NCBI GenBank assembly: GCA_040235515.1
Contig: JBECKX010000208.1
Span: 1-47,596 of the forward strand
Direction of reading: 5' to 3'
DNA: 47,596 nt
From: Candidatus Zixiibacteriota bacterium
GTDB lineage: Bacteria; Zixibacteria; MSB-5A5; CAIYYT01
The notes beneath the pieces were generated by a model. It was not told the origin of the DNA, searched no databases, and saw only the letters and a list, made by a program, of their open reading frames with translations. Below are positions 28,095-38,500 of the stretch, in pieces. How positions within the stretch are numbered: position 1 is the stretch's first letter; every line of letters begins with the position of its first letter. The translations under genes and the position numbers were made by a program.

Positions 28095-29729
28095 ATGAAT
28101 TTGATCAGGCACGCTCTCATACTATTGGCGGGACTACTAGTTTTCACGGTTGCGGCCGCATCCGCACAGGATGCGTTAGTGGTTGTAAACGGTGATTCGA
28201 TCACCACCAATGATCTGGATCGTCTCTTTGCCGGTATCCACAGCGGCATGAGCCACGACAAGAAAATGAACTTCGATTATCGCAAGCTGGTGGATCGACT
28301 GGTGAATGACCGTCTGATGCTCCAGGAAGCGGAGGCAATCGGTCTGGCGGATGATGAAGCCTTCGTTGACTTCATGGCCGACGAGAAGGAAAAGAATATC
28401 GTTCGCCGCTTCATCAAGCAGAACTACCGCTTCGACCGGGAAGTATCCGACGACGCTGTTGCGGATTACTTCGACAAGAACTACCACAAGATTCAGGTTC
28501 GCACAATCTCCACGCCGACTCGCGCACTGGCTGATACCCTTCGGGAACTGATAGAGTCGGGTGCGGCGATGGACAGCCTGGCGAAGCTGCATTCGATCGA
28601 CGTACACCGCTATCAGGGCGGTGCTCATAGCCTGAAGTACTACGCTGAGATTGAGAATGATGTGCGCGCCTACCTCGATGATCCGAAAGTCGGACAGTTG
28701 ACAGGGCCGGTACCCTACCGGGAGGCGTATATCCTTATCCGGGTTGAGGAGATCAAACCCGCCGACAGAGAAGAATTGCCGGCCTTGAGCGGATACATCA
28801 ACGGCGTTCTCACCACCGAACTGCGCAAGACCGACTGGCAGGAATTCGTGGACTCTCTCATCGGCACCCTCGATTTGACCAGGAATCAAGCCCTGATCGA
28901 CGTGATGGCCAATTCGAATACGACGGTACTCGATTCCAGCTTTATGTCGGGCAGCGAGACTGTCGTGGCCTCACTCGCCGGACGGGAAAACCTAACCGAC
29001 GCTGATCTGAGATACCGCACGGCGAAGATCGCGATGAACGCCGCCACCGCCCCGCCAGATTCCCTGGTCAATGCCGCTTTCCAGGAGTGGCTCAGGGATA
29101 AAGCACTGGTGCTCGCAGGCGAGGCCGCCGGATTGGCTGACGATCCCATGATCGCGAAGACACTTGAGAACACACGCGACAGCGCACTGGTGGAGATCTA
29201 CCTGAAAGAAACGATCGTGTCGCAGATCGTCTTCAATCGAGAAGAATTCACGGCCTACTACAACGATCATCAGGAGGAATTCCGTGAACCGGGCAAATTT
29301 TACCTGCGCAGGATGATCGTCAGCGACGCACTCAAGGCGGACAGCGCCTACCAGATGCTGCAGGATGGTGGGGATTTTGACTACGTGATGGACCGCTTCA
29401 TCACCGAAGATCGCAGGCTGGTAGAAAAATCGGAATGGGTCTCGATGAATGCATTTCCGGAGGAAATCCGCAAGGAATTGGAGTCGCTCCCGGTTGGCGC
29501 GGCCAGCAAGCCCTATCAGACCCCGGATGGCAGCATAATCTTCAAGGTGCTCGAGAAGAAGGAAGGGCGTCTCAAAGAGCAGGACGAAGTCGAGATGCAA
29601 ATCAGAGAGGTGATGTTCCAGCGCCAGTTCAACAAGTTGCTGGACGAGACATTGGCGCTCCTCAAGGAACATTCAGAGATAACCTATAACGACGAGGCAA
29701 TTGACCGCTACCTCGGCGGCAGTAAATAG
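28095..29729 (+). CDS. SurA/PpiC-like peptidyl-prolyl isomerase chaperone with two units
   Basis: Signal peptide; VVVNGDSIT SurA-N motif; two rotamase-like segments. ATG 28095 follows GAGG; the ORF-track start at 27852 overlaps the upstream gene. Confidence 0.85.
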   Translation: MNLIRHALILLAGLLVFTVAAASAQDALVVVNGDSITTNDLDRLFAGIHSGMSHDKKMNFDYRKLVDRLVNDRLMLQEAEAIGLADDEAFVDFMADEKEKNIVRRFIKQNYRFDREVSDDAVADYFDKNYHKIQVRTISTPTRALADTLRELIESGAAMDSLAKLHSIDVHRYQGGAHSLKYYAEIENDVRAYLDDPKVGQLTGPVPYREAYILIRVEEIKPADREELPALSGYINGVLTTELRKTDWQEFVDSLIGTLDLTRNQALIDVMANSNTTVLDSSFMSGSETVVASLAGRENLTDADLRYRTAKIAMNAATAPPDSLVNAAFQEWLRDKALVLAGEAAGLADDPMIAKTLENTRDSALVEIYLKETIVSQIVFNREEFTAYYNDHQEEFREPGKFYLRRMIVSDALKADSAYQMLQDGGDFDYVMDRFITEDRRLVEKSEWVSMNAFPEEIRKELESLPVGAASKPYQTPDGSIIFKVLEKKEGRLKEQDEVEMQIREVMFQRQFNKLLDETLALLKEHSEITYNDEAIDRYLGGSK

Positions 29730-29766
29730 ATGAGAATTTATGTGAGCAGTGGGAAAGGAATGACAT

Positions 29767-31758
29767 ATGTGGTCTGATGAGCGCAGACACAATGGTATTT
29801 CAAAGCTGGGCTTGCCACTCGGTGTGCTGGCGCTGACTGCGATGATATTGGTGTCACTCGGTGACAGTTTGAATGGCCAGATCAAACGCGGGAAGCGCTT
29901 CTCCTCGAAAGGCAACTGCACGGAATGCCATGATGTCAAGGACTTCGAGGGCAATCAGAAGCACAAACCGTTCGCGGACAAGGATTGCGAATCATGCCAC
30001 AAACCGCACGGTTTGGTGGGGATGTTGCGCCTCAAGGAAAGTGGTGCGCAGCTCTGCTACCAGTGCCACGACAAAGCGGAACTGGGAATGGAAGCCAGCG
30101 TGATACATTCACCGGCCAGGGAGGGGCGCTGTGAAAGCTGCCACAACCCTCACGCCACCAACAATGCAGCCCTTCTGACCAAGGACGCAACCACGCTTTG
30201 TTTTGACTGCCATGACCGCGCAGAGTTCGAGGCACAATTCGTGCACAGCCCGATGAAAGACAATTGCTTTTCTTGCCACGAAGTTCATGGCAGCGAGCAC
30301 GCCGGGCTACTCAAGAAGTCAGCTACGGAACTCTGCATGGATTGTCACAAACCCTCTGATTACAAGAGCGCGCATGGCAATTATGCCCTGGCCGATCAGG
30401 ATTGCGGAAACTGCCATTCCCCGCACTCGGCCGGCACCTCTGCACTGCTGACCAGATCGATCCACGCGCCGGTTGAGTCCGGTGATTGTGAGAGCTGTCA
30501 TAACGCGCCGGACGATTCCGAACCGTTCGGGCTGGTAGAGGATGCCGACGAGGTCTGCCTGGTGTGCCATGATCAATCGGAGGTGGCGCCTGCGGGAAGC
30601 CATGCACCGGTCGAGGCGGGCAACTGCACGGCCTGCCATAACCCGCACGGTTCCAGGCAGAATGCCCTGCTGCTTCAGAACGAAAAACAACTTTGCCTCG
30701 AATGTCATACTGACGTGCAGGCGGAACTGGTAACGGCCTCGCGCCACGCCCCTGCCCAGGATGATTGCGGCACCTGCCACAGCGGCCATGGCATGGCAAA
30801 GCAGAGCCTGCTGGTGGCCGAACCGAATGAGCTGTGCCTCTCCTGCCATGACGATATGGCTGAAGCGATGAGCTATGCGAGCACGCACTCGCCCTTTACC
30901 GACGGAGAGTGCGTCGATTGTCACCGGCCGCACGGATCGGCGTTTGCCAGCCTGAACAAGAAACCGCAGGCTGATCTCTGCGACGACTGCCATGACCAGG
31001 GCATGGACTGGCTCGCCGAGAAGAGCGTCCACCTGCCGATCAAGCTGGGGCAGTGTGCGGAATGTCACAACCCGCACGCGTCACAGCATGCAACTCTATT
31101 GCGTGCGGAGAGCAACAAGATCTGTGAGAATTGTCATTCGGAGTTGTACGCCGATAGCCTGGCGATCATCCAGCACGCACCGTTCGAAGAGAGAAACTGC
31201 GAGATGTGTCACGTTCCGCATGCGGGTAAGGTACCGGGCCTGCTCACTTCCGAGAGCAAGGAACTGTGCGGCACCTGTCATGATGACGTGCTCGAACCCT
31301 CTGCGATGGCCAGCATGCATGCACCGGTTGCGGATGGTGAATGCGCAAAATGCCACACGCCGCACTCAGGTAAACTGGCACACCTGCTGCTGGACAAGGA
31401 ACCGCGACTCTGTTTGAACTGTCACGACGACATCAATGTGATGATGAAGAAGTTCACTTCGCACCCGCCCGCAGAAGAGGAATGCAGCGGCTGTCACCAG
31501 TCACATTCGAGTCAATTCGCCTCACTGTTGGTGCAGGATATACCGGATGGCTGCCTGGAATGTCACGACGGCAACGACTCCGGCTTCAAGAGCAAGCACC
31601 TCGGCCTGGCTGGATCCCAGATCGACTGCCGCAAGTGTCATGATCCGCATGCCTCCGAGGATCGCGATCTGATGCTGGGCAACGACCACAGCCCATTCGC
31701 CGAAAGGATGTGCGACGCCTGCCACTCTGAACCGTCGCGGGAAGGAGGTGATCAGTGA
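29767..31758 (+). CDS. Multiheme c-type cytochrome, 26 CxxCH (paired-CxxCH repeat type)
   Basis: 26 motifs counted from CTECH to CDACH, in H-x-P...CxxCHxPH...LCxxCH repeats; N-terminal signal. Confidence 0.95.
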   Translation: MWSDERRHNGISKLGLPLGVLALTAMILVSLGDSLNGQIKRGKRFSSKGNCTECHDVKDFEGNQKHKPFADKDCESCHKPHGLVGMLRLKESGAQLCYQCHDKAELGMEASVIHSPAREGRCESCHNPHATNNAALLTKDATTLCFDCHDRAEFEAQFVHSPMKDNCFSCHEVHGSEHAGLLKKSATELCMDCHKPSDYKSAHGNYALADQDCGNCHSPHSAGTSALLTRSIHAPVESGDCESCHNAPDDSEPFGLVEDADEVCLVCHDQSEVAPAGSHAPVEAGNCTACHNPHGSRQNALLLQNEKQLCLECHTDVQAELVTASRHAPAQDDCGTCHSGHGMAKQSLLVAEPNELCLSCHDDMAEAMSYASTHSPFTDGECVDCHRPHGSAFASLNKKPQADLCDDCHDQGMDWLAEKSVHLPIKLGQCAECHNPHASQHATLLRAESNKICENCHSELYADSLAIIQHAPFEERNCEMCHVPHAGKVPGLLTSESKELCGTCHDDVLEPSAMASMHAPVADGECAKCHTPHSGKLAHLLLDKEPRLCLNCHDDINVMMKKFTSHPPAEEECSGCHQSHSSQFASLLVQDIPDGCLECHDGNDSGFKSKHLGLAGSQIDCRKCHDPHASEDRDLMLGNDHSPFAERMCDACHSEPSREGGDQ

Positions 31759-32996
31759 TGCAGAAGTTACTCATCAATCTGGTCTTGTTCGGCTCAATCG
31801 CCCTTTCATTGCTGATCTCTAACCGGGCATCAGCGCAATCCGTCGTGGTTGATCAACCCGCGGTATGCTACACCTGCCATGACGACATCGAAGAGCAGCA
31901 GGACCTCAAGAACGTGCACGGCGCATTCGCGTCGGGTGAGTGTTCCAGTTGTCACAACCCGCACGCTTCTCGCCATGCTGCGCTGTTGAACGAAGATGTG
32001 GCACAGACCTGTTTCGAATGCCACGATGAAATCGCGACCGAGATCGCGATGAGCAACCCGCATCAGCCGGCACTCAACGGCGAATGTCTCTCGTGCCACG
32101 ATCCGCACGCCTCGAACTTCAGAGGTGTGCTGAAGGAGTCGGCCGGAAAACTCTGCCTCTCCTGTCATGAGAACGCGGAACAGTGGCTGGCGCGAGCGAA
32201 CGTGCATGCTCCGGTGGCTTCCCGGGATTGCGCCACGTGCCACGCGGCACACGGCTCTGCCAATCAGGACCTGCTCACCGAAGCGATGCCACAAGTTTGC
32301 TTTGATTGTCACGATAACGACGCAGCTTTCAAGCGCGTGCACAAGGGGTACGACCTGGCCTCGGCCGATTGCGCCGCCTGCCACGACCCGCACTCCTCCT
32401 CCTCGAAGGGGCTGCTGATGGCCAACCAACATGCTCCGTTCGCTGCGGGTGAGTGCAGCAGTTGTCACTCGGGTGGTGCTTCCGCAGGTAGTTCATTTGC
32501 CATGAGCGGAGCGATCGATAAGGTGTGCTTCGAGTGTCATGACGACATCAAAGCGAACAAGCGACTGCGCTACTCCTACCACCTCGAGGCAGAAGGCTCT
32601 TGCACGAACTGTCACAATCCACACGCCTCAAATGCTTCGACTCTGCTGAGTTCCGATCAAAGCAACCTTTGCATGAAGTGCCACTTTACTGAGGTGCCGT
32701 CGAAGGATAGACCGAAATTCATCACGCATGAGGGGCAGGACTGTTCAATCTGTCATGCGCCCCACGGTGCTGACAACGAGCGCTACCTCACCAATGACAA
32801 TGTGATGGAGCTGTGCAATGGCTGTCACGCGGATGCACACAAGAACTCGCATCCGATGGGTGATGAAGCTATCGATCCGCGCACGGAGCTCCCGATGGAT
32901 TGTCTGAGTTGTCACACGATGCACGGATCGGGACAGGACTTCTATCTCGCCTTCGACCCTGACATGGACCTCTGCATCCAGTGTCATAAACGTTAG
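31755..32996 (+). CDS. Multiheme c-type cytochrome, 16 CxxCH
   Basis: 16 motifs counted from CYTCH to CIQCH; signal peptide ending ASA-Q; AAGGAGGT RBS; overlaps the previous stop. Confidence 0.95.
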   Translation: MMQKLLINLVLFGSIALSLLISNRASAQSVVVDQPAVCYTCHDDIEEQQDLKNVHGAFASGECSSCHNPHASRHAALLNEDVAQTCFECHDEIATEIAMSNPHQPALNGECLSCHDPHASNFRGVLKESAGKLCLSCHENAEQWLARANVHAPVASRDCATCHAAHGSANQDLLTEAMPQVCFDCHDNDAAFKRVHKGYDLASADCAACHDPHSSSSKGLLMANQHAPFAAGECSSCHSGGASAGSSFAMSGAIDKVCFECHDDIKANKRLRYSYHLEAEGSCTNCHNPHASNASTLLSSDQSNLCMKCHFTEVPSKDRPKFITHEGQDCSICHAPHGADNERYLTNDNVMELCNGCHADAHKNSHPMGDEAIDPRTELPMDCLSCHTMHGSGQDFYLAFDPDMDLCIQCHKR

Positions 32997-33020
32997 CAGC
33001 GCAGAGATTTCTGCAGAACA

Positions 33021-33062
33021 AGAAAAGAGCCGCTGCAGCGAGTGCAGCGGCTCTCTCTATTA
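33021..33062. terminator. Bidirectional intrinsic terminator
   Basis: AGAGCCGCTGCA-gcgag-TGCAGCGGCTCT (33026..33054) between convergent operons, with an A-rich left flank and pyrimidine-rich right flank. Confidence 0.8.
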
Positions 33063-33087
33063 TCAATAGTCTCTTTGAGAGTTGCTA

Positions 33088-33513
33088 CTAAGACTGGGGA
33101 AGGAACGAGTTGATCATCTCTTCTACCTCAACCCCGATCGTCTTCATCGAATGCTTGCTGAATGTGCTGTTGAAGGTGTAACCTGACTTCCCGACGATCA
33201 GGAAGTAGGAGCGGTGGAAGAGCGCCCTCTCATCCGTTGGATTAGTCTTGTAGACCCACTCGTACACCGGCAAACCGCTCGCGAGCGATTTTCTACCCTC
33301 CTTCAGTGTTACCGCATCCGGCATCGCATCCTTCATCATCTGGACACGCTGTTCGGCGAACGAGTCCAGTGTGTGATCCCCGATATTATCCTCGATCGCC
33401 AGGTTGAGCATATGCTGCACGCCATGGGCCTCCGGACCCATGAATGTGTGAATCGATCGGTCCTCCCACCCATCAGGGAGACTCAGCTTAAAACTGTGAT
33501 TCGTCTTTGCCAT
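33088..33513 (-). CDS. DcrB/DUF1795-like (T6SS effector adaptor-like) protein
   Basis: LPDGWEDRSIHTF signature; 141 aa; last gene of the PAAR operon. Confidence 0.75.
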   Translation of the reverse strand: MAKTNHSFKLSLPDGWEDRSIHTFMGPEAHGVQHMLNLAIEDNIGDHTLDSFAEQRVQMMKDAMPDAVTLKEGRKSLASGLPVYEWVYKTNPTDERALFHRSYFLIVGKSGYTFNSTFSKHSMKTIGVEVEEMINSFLPQS

Positions 33514-33570
33514 ATTTCACTTCCCATCTTGCCGGGGATAATTGCTCCACCTCATTCATCATTTCGTCTT

Positions 33571-34440
33571 CTATCTCCCGAGCGCCTGGCCCAGCAGCGA
33601 GCGGAGCTTTTCAACCCGGCCCTGGTTCTCATACGGTCTCTCAAAACTGAAGTCTATCAGCGTTACTCCATTTACCGTAACGGATAGGGCGTCGCTTCCA
33701 CCGGCGGTCTCAGCCGTCTCAGCGGCGGAAGTCGGCGCGTATTCAGCACCCAGCAGCCTGAGCTGCAGAAGGCTCTTCCACAGCGGCGCAAAATGCGCCA
33801 CATCAAGTTGTCTTGCCTGATCGTTCAGCGTCACGGTGCAGCTTCCGCCGGAGAAATTCCATCTCCAGCTCTCGTTGTCAGCTGCGCCATTCGTCGACAG
33901 CAGCAGGCTGAAGTCATTCGGCAGGACCGGATTGGCGCGCCGTTGTTCGGCAATCTCCGCGATAGCCCGATCGATCGCCTCCAGCGGCCCGCGTAGGTGC
34001 TCGACAAGTTTGTGATAACTCTTGATCCAGTCGACGATTGTGTCGCCACCGATTCTCACGAAGAGCCGCTCGCGATACTGCATCCCCGGCGGAGTCGGCT
34101 CGAAGTCGGAGTCGGTCAGATTCTGATATTGACTCCAGTCGATAGCGCCGATCAACTTCTCGAGCTGATTGCAATCACCCTGCGAGATCAGCAGGAGGTA
34201 GGGCGCCTCGTCGAAGTCCGCCGGCGGCGGTACCTGCGAGTCGGTCCACAGATCACGTTGTCCGATCGAGCAATATGCCGCCTGCTTGACGACGTTGTAC
34301 TCCAACCCAAAACTGTATTCGAAATGTTCCACGTCTCGCCTAACCTCTTGAGTTTCACCTTCCTGCTTGCAGGAACAATTCACCGCCAGCACCGACACCA
34401 GAATCAGAATTCCGGCGAGTCGCCGCTCAAACAAATGCAT
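33571..34440 (-). CDS. Hypothetical lipoprotein (candidate immunity protein)
   Basis: Start at ATG 34440 after AAGGA; lipobox LAVN-C; downstream of a putative effector. Confidence 0.6.
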   Translation of the reverse strand: MHLFERRLAGILILVSVLAVNCSCKQEGETQEVRRDVEHFEYSFGLEYNVVKQAAYCSIGQRDLWTDSQVPPPADFDEAPYLLLISQGDCNQLEKLIGAIDWSQYQNLTDSDFEPTPPGMQYRERLFVRIGGDTIVDWIKSYHKLVEHLRGPLEAIDRAIAEIAEQRRANPVLPNDFSLLLSTNGAADNESWRWNFSGGSCTVTLNDQARQLDVAHFAPLWKSLLQLRLLGAEYAPTSAAETAETAGGSDALSVTVNGVTLIDFSFERPYENQGRVEKLRSLLGQALGR

Positions 34441-35530
34441 ACACCATTCCTTTTCCGGCGACATAAAGCTGACCGGCGGCATCAACGACCGGCGGAGAGG
34501 ATAACGGCTCCTGAAACTTCAGGTCGAACTCGACCAGCCCGTCACCGTCGAGTTTGATCAGCCTGTCGATCCCGCAAAGATAAATGGTGTCATCGGCTAC
34601 CGCAGTCGCAAAAGTCAGTGATGTGTGGATCGATTCATACTTCCAGACCAGCTTATGTTGCTTGAATGCGTAGACTCCATCACTCGTCACCAACCAGACC
34701 AGTTCCTTCCCGATCAGCGGCGGAGCGACGGCTCTGCCGGCCAGGCCGTGCGGGTGACGCCACTCAAGCTTGCCGTCGAAATCGGAAACTCCGATAGCAG
34801 CGCCCTCTTCACCCGTGCCGCACCAGTAAAGCTTTCCATCAGGCGCGGCGCTCACCCAATGCGTGGCGTCGTGCAACGGAAAGGAGAACCGGGTTACCGG
34901 TGCCGGTTCAGCGACCATCGATTCGGTATCGAGGATCACGACCTCCGTCCGCGTGGTTGTCAGTAGCTTTTTCTGCTCGCGATGCAAGAACGGGATGATC
35001 GGACTCCCCTCACACTCGAGGTCAACAGCCCAACGGATCCCCGGGTTCTCCCGGTCGTCGCGGTAGCACATCATCAACGGCCTGGCGTTGTGCGGGTCGT
35101 GGATGAACTGAATCTGGTAGAAACTCTCAGACGTACCCGGTTCGAACAACGTCAGGTAGGCGTTCTTGATCATCCCCCAGACGCGGCTATCGGAATACCT
35201 TATTTCATTGTTACGATCCACCGCCTGGATAAAATCGTTTCTCTCCGGATCGGTGAAAAAGAGGAGGTCATCCTCCAGCGCTATCTGACACGAGTACCAG
35301 CACGGCCTGCGCCAGGCGATCTCGCCGCTGCGCTTAACACAAACTTGCTCGCGAATGTTATCGGCAATGATGTAATCCTCACCTGAGAGGAGCAGGCGCA
35401 GGTGGGCAGAATCGCTTTCGAAGTCACCTATCTTGCGCGACCACGCCAGTTCGCCGACGACCGCTGATTTGACATCAACGTACCCGTTTCGCAACGGGTT
35501 GGCGAAGAAACGACTATAGTAGTGTGTCAT
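34427..35530 (-). CDS. PQQ-like beta-propeller repeat protein
   Basis: GELAWS, GEIAWR, DGKLEWR, KLVWKY and LSSPPVVD..GQLYV repeats. Confidence 0.72.
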   Translation of the reverse strand: MTHYYSRFFANPLRNGYVDVKSAVVGELAWSRKIGDFESDSAHLRLLLSGEDYIIADNIREQVCVKRSGEIAWRRPCWYSCQIALEDDLLFFTDPERNDFIQAVDRNNEIRYSDSRVWGMIKNAYLTLFEPGTSESFYQIQFIHDPHNARPLMMCYRDDRENPGIRWAVDLECEGSPIIPFLHREQKKLLTTTRTEVVILDTESMVAEPAPVTRFSFPLHDATHWVSAAPDGKLYWCGTGEEGAAIGVSDFDGKLEWRHPHGLAGRAVAPPLIGKELVWLVTSDGVYAFKQHKLVWKYESIHTSLTFATAVADDTIYLCGIDRLIKLDGDGLVEFDLKFQEPLSSPPVVDAAGQLYVAGKGMVYAFV

Positions 35531-35575
35531 CTAACTCTGCAACTCTCTCATCAGGGAGACGATTTATCGGTTCAC

Positions 35576-38500
35576 TCACAGGTTCTTCATATCAAAAGTA
35601 CCGTTGGCCACGTCATCGCGCCCGATCCATTCCTCGAGCGGCCCGAAATCATCTTTCGTAAGATTAGCGGTTCCCGACGTCTTACCGAAGCAATAGCGGA
35701 TTATCCGCGCTGTATTCGTGTCGCGCTTGACTTCAAGATCGTTGTCGTCAAAGTCGAAGTTGCCACCGGTAGCATACTCTACTTCAATATTGATATTCGA
35801 GTCACCCGGCGTGCCGCCCGTGTATTCCTTGAACACAGGAGCGAACCAGACGTACACATGCTTGAATGAATTGCTGCCGCTGGCTTCCAGCCGAAACTTG
35901 CCGCTGCTGCCGTTTAACATATTCAGATAATCATTGTTGAGCGCCTGCACCCAGGAACGCTTTCGCTGCCTCGTCCACTGATTCGCTGCCCCGCTGCCAT
36001 TAATGAACTTGATGGCAAACTTGGTTTTCACTGCCAGGATCCCGTTGAACGTTATCCCCGGCTTGATCAGGCGCGCGTATTCTTCGTCGCCGAGTCGATA
36101 GAGCATCAAGTCGGCGGCCGAATCTGCGCCGGTCTCGATATCTGTCCCCTTAAACGCCGGGAGGATCACATTGCGATGCGCCTCCGGAAGTTTGTAATCG
36201 TGCGGTGTCCCGCTCGTTGTCGGCAGGGTGATCTTGAATCGGGTCCCGCTGAAGTAGGAATTCAGGGGGCCGCCGCTGGCGGAACGATCGTGCAACCAGC
36301 AGACGAATTTCCAGATATGCCGCATCCGCCAGGCACGGTTCCGGGTCATCAGCGCGAGGTCGTCACCCGAATAGGGTCCCCCCTCGGCGGTGTTCGGCTG
36401 TGCGTAGTCCGGAACTCCACCCCAGTTGTTTCCCGCGGCGTCACTGGCATCGTAAAGGTACTCATCGCCATTACCCTGCGCGTGCCCCATCTCGTGACAG
36501 TTGGCAAGGGGCTCGTTGGTTTGACCGTCGGTATCCTGCTTCGTGTTGTTCGGGTCGTTGGTCTGAAAACGATTCGGCTCGGTTTGGTACGACGCCTTGC
36601 GGAAATGCGCAGTCGTTGGAAGCATCCAGCTGCCGCTTGTCACCACTGTAATCATCGCCTTGTGTCGCCCGCCGTTGGTATTGTTCTTGAATTCCATGAA
36701 CCAGACGGGGCGGATTATGATATCGTGCGTCCCGGAGTCTTTCACGAACAGGTAATTCTTCTTGTTCATCCGCTCATTGGCATTGGCAAAGCCGGGATGA
36801 CTGTGATTGGCCACGTCATTTGCGGTAATAGTTGATCCCGAACTGGTATCTGCCTGTACCCTCGCCGACCAATGGACGAGCACGTAGTTAAGCGGTTTGC
36901 CATCCAGCTCACCGCAATTATGGAAATAGTGCAGGTCGTAGTTACCACCGACAGGATTACCGGGCGCGATACAGAACCCGGCGGTGATGTGGGCCGCGTT
37001 GGTGGCGATCAGATTCTCCGAATGGTGTATGGTAGCATCGTTCAGCATCGCCATACGTGCGCCGGCAACGTGCCCGGAGGCGAAATTGAAGCCGGTGTCA
37101 TCCGGTTTGGTACGCTTGTCGAAGACATCATAGAACCCATTGCAGAAGTAGACGACGCGCGTATTGCCCGGCACATCGGTGATATGGTTGCGCGTGAACT
37201 GCACATTCGTCGTGTGGGGCATATTCGGGTCGGGGTTGTGGACCTTCATCTTCCGCAAGTTCTTGTTCTCACTCCCGTAGCTCTCGGTCGTCGTATAGTC
37301 GAGATAGAAGAGTGAGTAACGCGAGTTGTTATCGAGCGGATTATTCGCGGGGAACGACGCTCCCCCCGCGTTCTGATCACGGACATCCTGTGAACGGTTG
37401 TTGGTGCAAAGGACGATGTCATCCAGCGAAAAAATCAACGGCGCATCCGAACTGGTGACGTTGCCTCCAAACGGCTTGTATTGCTTGGTTGTCTCCATGA
37501 CTTCGCGGAAGATGCCGCCGGTATTCATATTGCCGTCATAGCGCGCCCAATAGTTCTTCGCCGACCATTTGCTCGGTAAATCGTAGTACTTGATCCGCTC
37601 GCTGAACGCCATCGCGGCGATCTCCTGAGGTGTCTTTGTCACGATTACCGGCTCGGTCGAGGAGTCGGCTGAGTATATCCACTTGTTCGTGGTCTCGAAC
37701 TCGAAGTGGAGATCGGTGCGGGAATCGTCCTCCTGCACTTTGACAAGATAGACTCCACCGCTGTAGCTGATTCTCGCGTTGATCTCCGTTGCGCCGTTCT
37801 CGAAGACTTTGATCGGCAACCCATCCGGAACCGGCTTCAACGCCTGGTGTACACGATCGAAGTAGGAAAACTTGAGGTGGTAGCCCACGGCGTTGAGGTC
37901 ATTTGGATCGACATAAACCGGAATGAAATGCAGATTGTGCCAGATCGGGCATTCCGCCGCCGTATGAACCGAATCGCGATGTCCCGGGCAGTTGATGACG
38001 GGTGGCGCTTCCCCCTCGTCAAAAAACAACAACTCAACCCGGCGATTTTGTTGCGAGCGATAATTGTCCTTCTCGGCGTCATCTATCGGAAACGATTCGC
38101 CGCACGAGACGATCTTCTTCTCATCATTTGCCCACTTCAGCTTGCTGCGGTATTGCCCGTTGAGTCCGTCGCGGTTTACACGCAGAATCGCCGCGAGTTC
38201 ATCATTGTAGACATCGAAGACCGCCTGCCACATCTCCATCGGCCAGCGGTGCTGTCCATCATTGCTGATGCGCGTGATCATGTCGGGGGCGATCTTGACT
38301 GCGACATCCGGAGCGTCTCCGCTGTCAACCCAGGTATTGTAGGCGGCGATAAAACGTTCGGTGGCGCCGCGTGTCAGCGATCCCCAGATATTGTCGATGT
38401 CACCGGGATCAGTATCCCAACCCCAGCGGGTGTTGAACTTGATCCACTTCATGATCTGCTGATAATCTTCGATACGATGTCGTTCTGCGGCGCAGAGCGC

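Noticed and set aside
29767..32996. Periodic TG(C/T)CA(C/T) repeats resembling an array
   Set aside because: They are the Cys-His codons of CxxCH motifs within open reading frames, not CRISPR or DNA-level repeats.
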